Shown here piece after piece: positions 60,570 through 64,000 of a DNA stretch of 64,000 nucleotides. How positions within the stretch are numbered: the stretch's first letter is position 1; every line of letters begins with the position of its first letter. Position numbers and translations under genes: made by a program. This DNA is from Mustelus asterias (taxonomy: Eukaryota), in NCBI RefSeq assembly GCF_964213995.1, contig NW_027590121.1, positions 124,001 to 188,000 of the forward strand, in the 5' to 3' direction. Under the pieces are notes generated by a model that was given only the letters and a program-made list of their open reading frames with translations, did not search any database and was not told where the DNA came from.

Positions 60570-63500
60570 CATAAGAACATAAGAACATACGAAACAGGAG
60601 CCGGAGTAGGCCATCTAGCCCCTCGAGCCTGCCCCGCCATTCAATAAGATCATGGCTGATCTGAAGTGGATCAGTTCCACGTACCCGCCTGATCCCTATA
60701 ACCCCTAATTCCCTTACCGATCAGAAATCCATCTATCCCTGATTTAAACATATTCAACGAGGTAGCCTCCACCACTTCAGTGGGCAGAGAATTCCAGAGA
60801 TTCACCACCCTCTGAGAGAAGAAGTTCCTCCTGAACTCTGTCCAAAACTGACCCCCCTTTATTTTGAGGCTGTTCCCTCTAGTTCTAGTTTCCTTTCTAA
60901 GTGGAAAGAATCTCTCCATCTCTACCCTATCCAGCCCCTTCATTATCTTATAGGTCTCTATAAGATCCCCCCTCAGCCTTCTAAATTCCAACGAGTACAA
61001 ACCCAATCTGCTCAGTCTCTCCTCATAATCAGCACCCTTCATCTCTGGTATCAAACTGGTGAACCTTCTCTGCACTCCCTCCAAGGCCAATATATCCTTC
61101 CGCAAATAAGGGGACCAGTACTGAACACAGTATTCCAGCTGCGGCCTCACCAATGCCTGTACAGATGCAGCAAGACATCTCTGCTTTTATATTCTATCCC
61201 CCTTGCGATATAGGCCAATATCCCATTTGCCTTCTTGATCACCTGTTGCACCTGCAGACTGGGTTTTTGCGTCTCATGCACAAGGACCCCCAGGTCCCTT
61301 TGCACAGTAGCATGTTGTAATTTTTTTCCATTTAGATAACAATCCAATTTGCTATTATTTCCTCCAAAGTGAATAACCTCGCATTTGTCAACGTTATACT
61401 CCATCTGCCAGATCCTCGCCCACTCACTCAGCCTCTCCAAATCTCTCTGCAGACCTTCTACGCCCTCTACACAATTCACTTTCCCACTTATCTTTGTGTC
61501 GTCTGCAAACTTTGTTACCCTACACTCAGTCTCCTCCTCCAGATCGTCTATATAAATGGTAAATAGTTGACGCCCCAGTACTGATCCCTGCGTCACGCCA
61601 CTAGTTACCATCTGCCAACCAGAAAAGCACCCATTTATTCCGACTCTCTGCTTCCTGTCGGATAACCAATCCCCAATCCATGCTAACACCCTCCCCCCAA
61701 CTCCGTGTGAACCAATCTTCATCAGCAACCTTTTGTGAGGCACCTTATCAAACGCCTTTTGGAAATCCAAAAACACCGCATCCACCGGTTCCCCTCCATC
61801 AACCGCACTAGTCACATCTTCATAAAAATCCAACAAGTTCATCAAGCACGACTTTCCCCTCATGAATTCATGCTGCGTCTGCTTAATCGGACCATTGTTA
61901 TCCAGATGGTCTGCTATTTCTTCTTTAATGATGGATTCCAGCATTTTCCCAACTACAGACGTTAAGCTAACCAGCCTGCAGTTACCCGCCTTTTGTCTAT
62001 TTCCTTTCTTAAACAGTGGCGTAACATTAGCCGTTTTCCAATCCGCCGGCACTGCCCCAAAATCCAACGAATTTTGACAAATAACCACTAACGCATCCGT
62101 TATTACCTCTGACATTTCTTTCAGTACCCTGGGATGCATTCCATCCGGGCCCGGTGACTTGTGCACCTTCAGTCCCGTTAGTCTACCAAGCACTGCCTCC
62201 CTGGTAACATTAATTGTATTGAGTACCTCTCCTCCTACCAACCCTCTATCGTTAATATTCGGTAAACTATTTGTGTCTTCCACCATGAAGACCGACACAA
62301 AAAACTTATTTAAAGTTTCAGCCATTTCCTCATTTCCCACTATTCAATCCCCCCTCTCGTCTTCCAACGGTCCAACATTCACTCTTGCCACTCTATTCCT
62401 TTTTATATATTTGTAAAGCTTTTACTATCATTTTTTATATTTAGAGCTAGCCTGGCTTCATAACCTATCTTTCCTTTCTTTATCGCTTTCTTAGTCGTTC
62501 TTTGTTGTTTCTTAAAGTTTTCCCAATCTTCCGATTCTTCACTATTTTTGGTCACTCTGTACGCATCGGTCTTTAATTTAATACTTTCCTTAATTTCCTT
62601 CGTTATCCACGGCTGGTTGTCCCTTTCCTGACAGTCCTTCTTTATCACCGGAGTATATTGTTGCTGAGTACTGAAAAGGATCTCCTTAAAAATCCTCCAC
62701 TGTTCCTCAGCTGTCCTACCTACCAGCTGCTCTCCCAGTCCACCTTAGCCAATTCAGCCCTCATCCTATCGTACTTCCCTCTGTTCAAACAGAGGACACT
62801 GGTATGGGAGTCTACTTTCTCCTCTTCCATTTGTATCAGCAATTCGACCATATTGTGATCACTTGACCCAAGAGGGTCCTTCACAAAAACATCCTTAATT
62901 CTACCTACCTCGTTACACATTACCAGATCTAAGATAACTCGTTCCCTCGTCGGTTCTGTAACATACTGTTCAAGGTAACTATCCCGACAGCATTCTAAGA
63001 ACTCTTCCTCCATCCCACCCCTTCCAACTTGATATGCAGGTTGAAGTCCCCCATGATTATTGCCGTTCCGTTTTCGCATCCATTATTTGCTTGTTTATAG
63101 CCTTCCCACCTCAACATTGTTATTTGGGGGCCTATAGACCACGCCTACTAGTGTCTTTCTCCCCCTACTATTCCTTATCTCTACCCATAACGATTCCACG
63201 TTTTGTTCCTTCGAGCCTATGTCATCCCTCACTTCTACCCTGATATTATATTTTATTAACAGAGCTACCCCACCACCTTTTCCTTCCTGTCTATTCTTCC
63301 TAAATGCCTGATACCCCTGGATATTCATCTCCCAGTCCTGGTCTCCATGCAGCCACGTTTCTGTAATGGCCACTAGATCATACTCATTTGTGCTGATTTG
63401 CACCATCAACTCATTAACTTTGTTCCGAATGCTTCGTGCATTCAGGCAAAGTGTCTTTATTCCAGCTTTTATCTGGACCCGATTTGATGAAATGCTATCA

Positions 63501-64000
63501 ACCTCTCCCTCGCCCTCTCCTCCTTTAACTACTTGAATGCCCTCATTCACTTGCACTCGCTCCCTCTCCTCTACCATTGATTTCGTAATTCCTCTGACCT
63601 CTGCACCCTCCCCCCATAAATTAATTTAAAGCCCTATCTACAGCCCTCGTGATACGATGCGCTAGGACTCTGGTCCCAGCACGGTTCAAACGGAGACCCT
63701 CCCATCTATACAGGTCCCATCTGCCCAAATACTGGTGCCAATGCCACATGAATTCGAAACCATTCCTTCCACTCCAATCCTTGAGCAATGCATTCGTCTT
63801 CTTAATCCTATTAACCCTGCGCCAATTCGCGCGTGGCTCAGGTAGTAATCCAGAGATTACCACCTTGTTGGTTCTGCTTTTAATTTGTTCCCAAGCTCTT
63901 CGTACTCCCTCTGCAGATCCTTAGTTCCTGTTTTGTCTATGTCATTGGCACCTACATGGACCACGACAACTGGATTTTGACTCTCCCACTCCAAATTTCT
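60570..64000 (-). mobile_element. Long CR1 LINE (ORF1 C-terminus and frameshifted ORF2), running off the window end
   Basis: ORFs 63621-63863 (ORF1), 63095-63577, 62720-63079, 62403-62648, 61147-62340 and 60671-61153; (CATAAGAA)n tail. Confidence 0.93.

Overview
Eukaryotic genomic DNA from a cartilaginous fish, most likely a shark (inferred from the HE1-type V-SINEs, the elasmobranch-style CR1 LINEs and the V-domain signatures). The first ~40 kb is part of a T-cell receptor alpha/delta variable-segment array. It holds 11 V segments on both strands, each ending at a heptamer/23-bp spacer/nonamer RSS or its remnant; ten have a leader exon or leader relic. Three look intact (15373-15835 +, 17491-19565 +, 39364-39832 -) and eight are pseudogenes. 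No D, J or C exons of the TCR itself were seen. The rest is dense with retroelements: one full-length two-ORF CR1 LINE (33474-37828), a long decayed CR1 at the right end, many CR1 fragments, SINEs, and Penelope-like fragments carrying minimal hammerhead motifs. There is also a decayed hAT transposon (48361-51078), a minisatellite resembling 12-RSSs (~47.3-47.7 kb) and a cluster of decayed tRNA genes (51.3-54.5 kb). The main leads are: (1) a U_UUA_AAC -1 slippery site joining CR1 ORF1 to ORF2, kept across an apparent ORF1 swap; (2) a heavily decayed, apparently intronless V-J-C Ig-like relic inside an inverted segmental duplication; (3) two retroelements inserted into V-segment RSSs; (4) a cryptic 12-RSS minisatellite beside a CTCF-like motif. 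Repeat boundaries are approximate and were read by eye.
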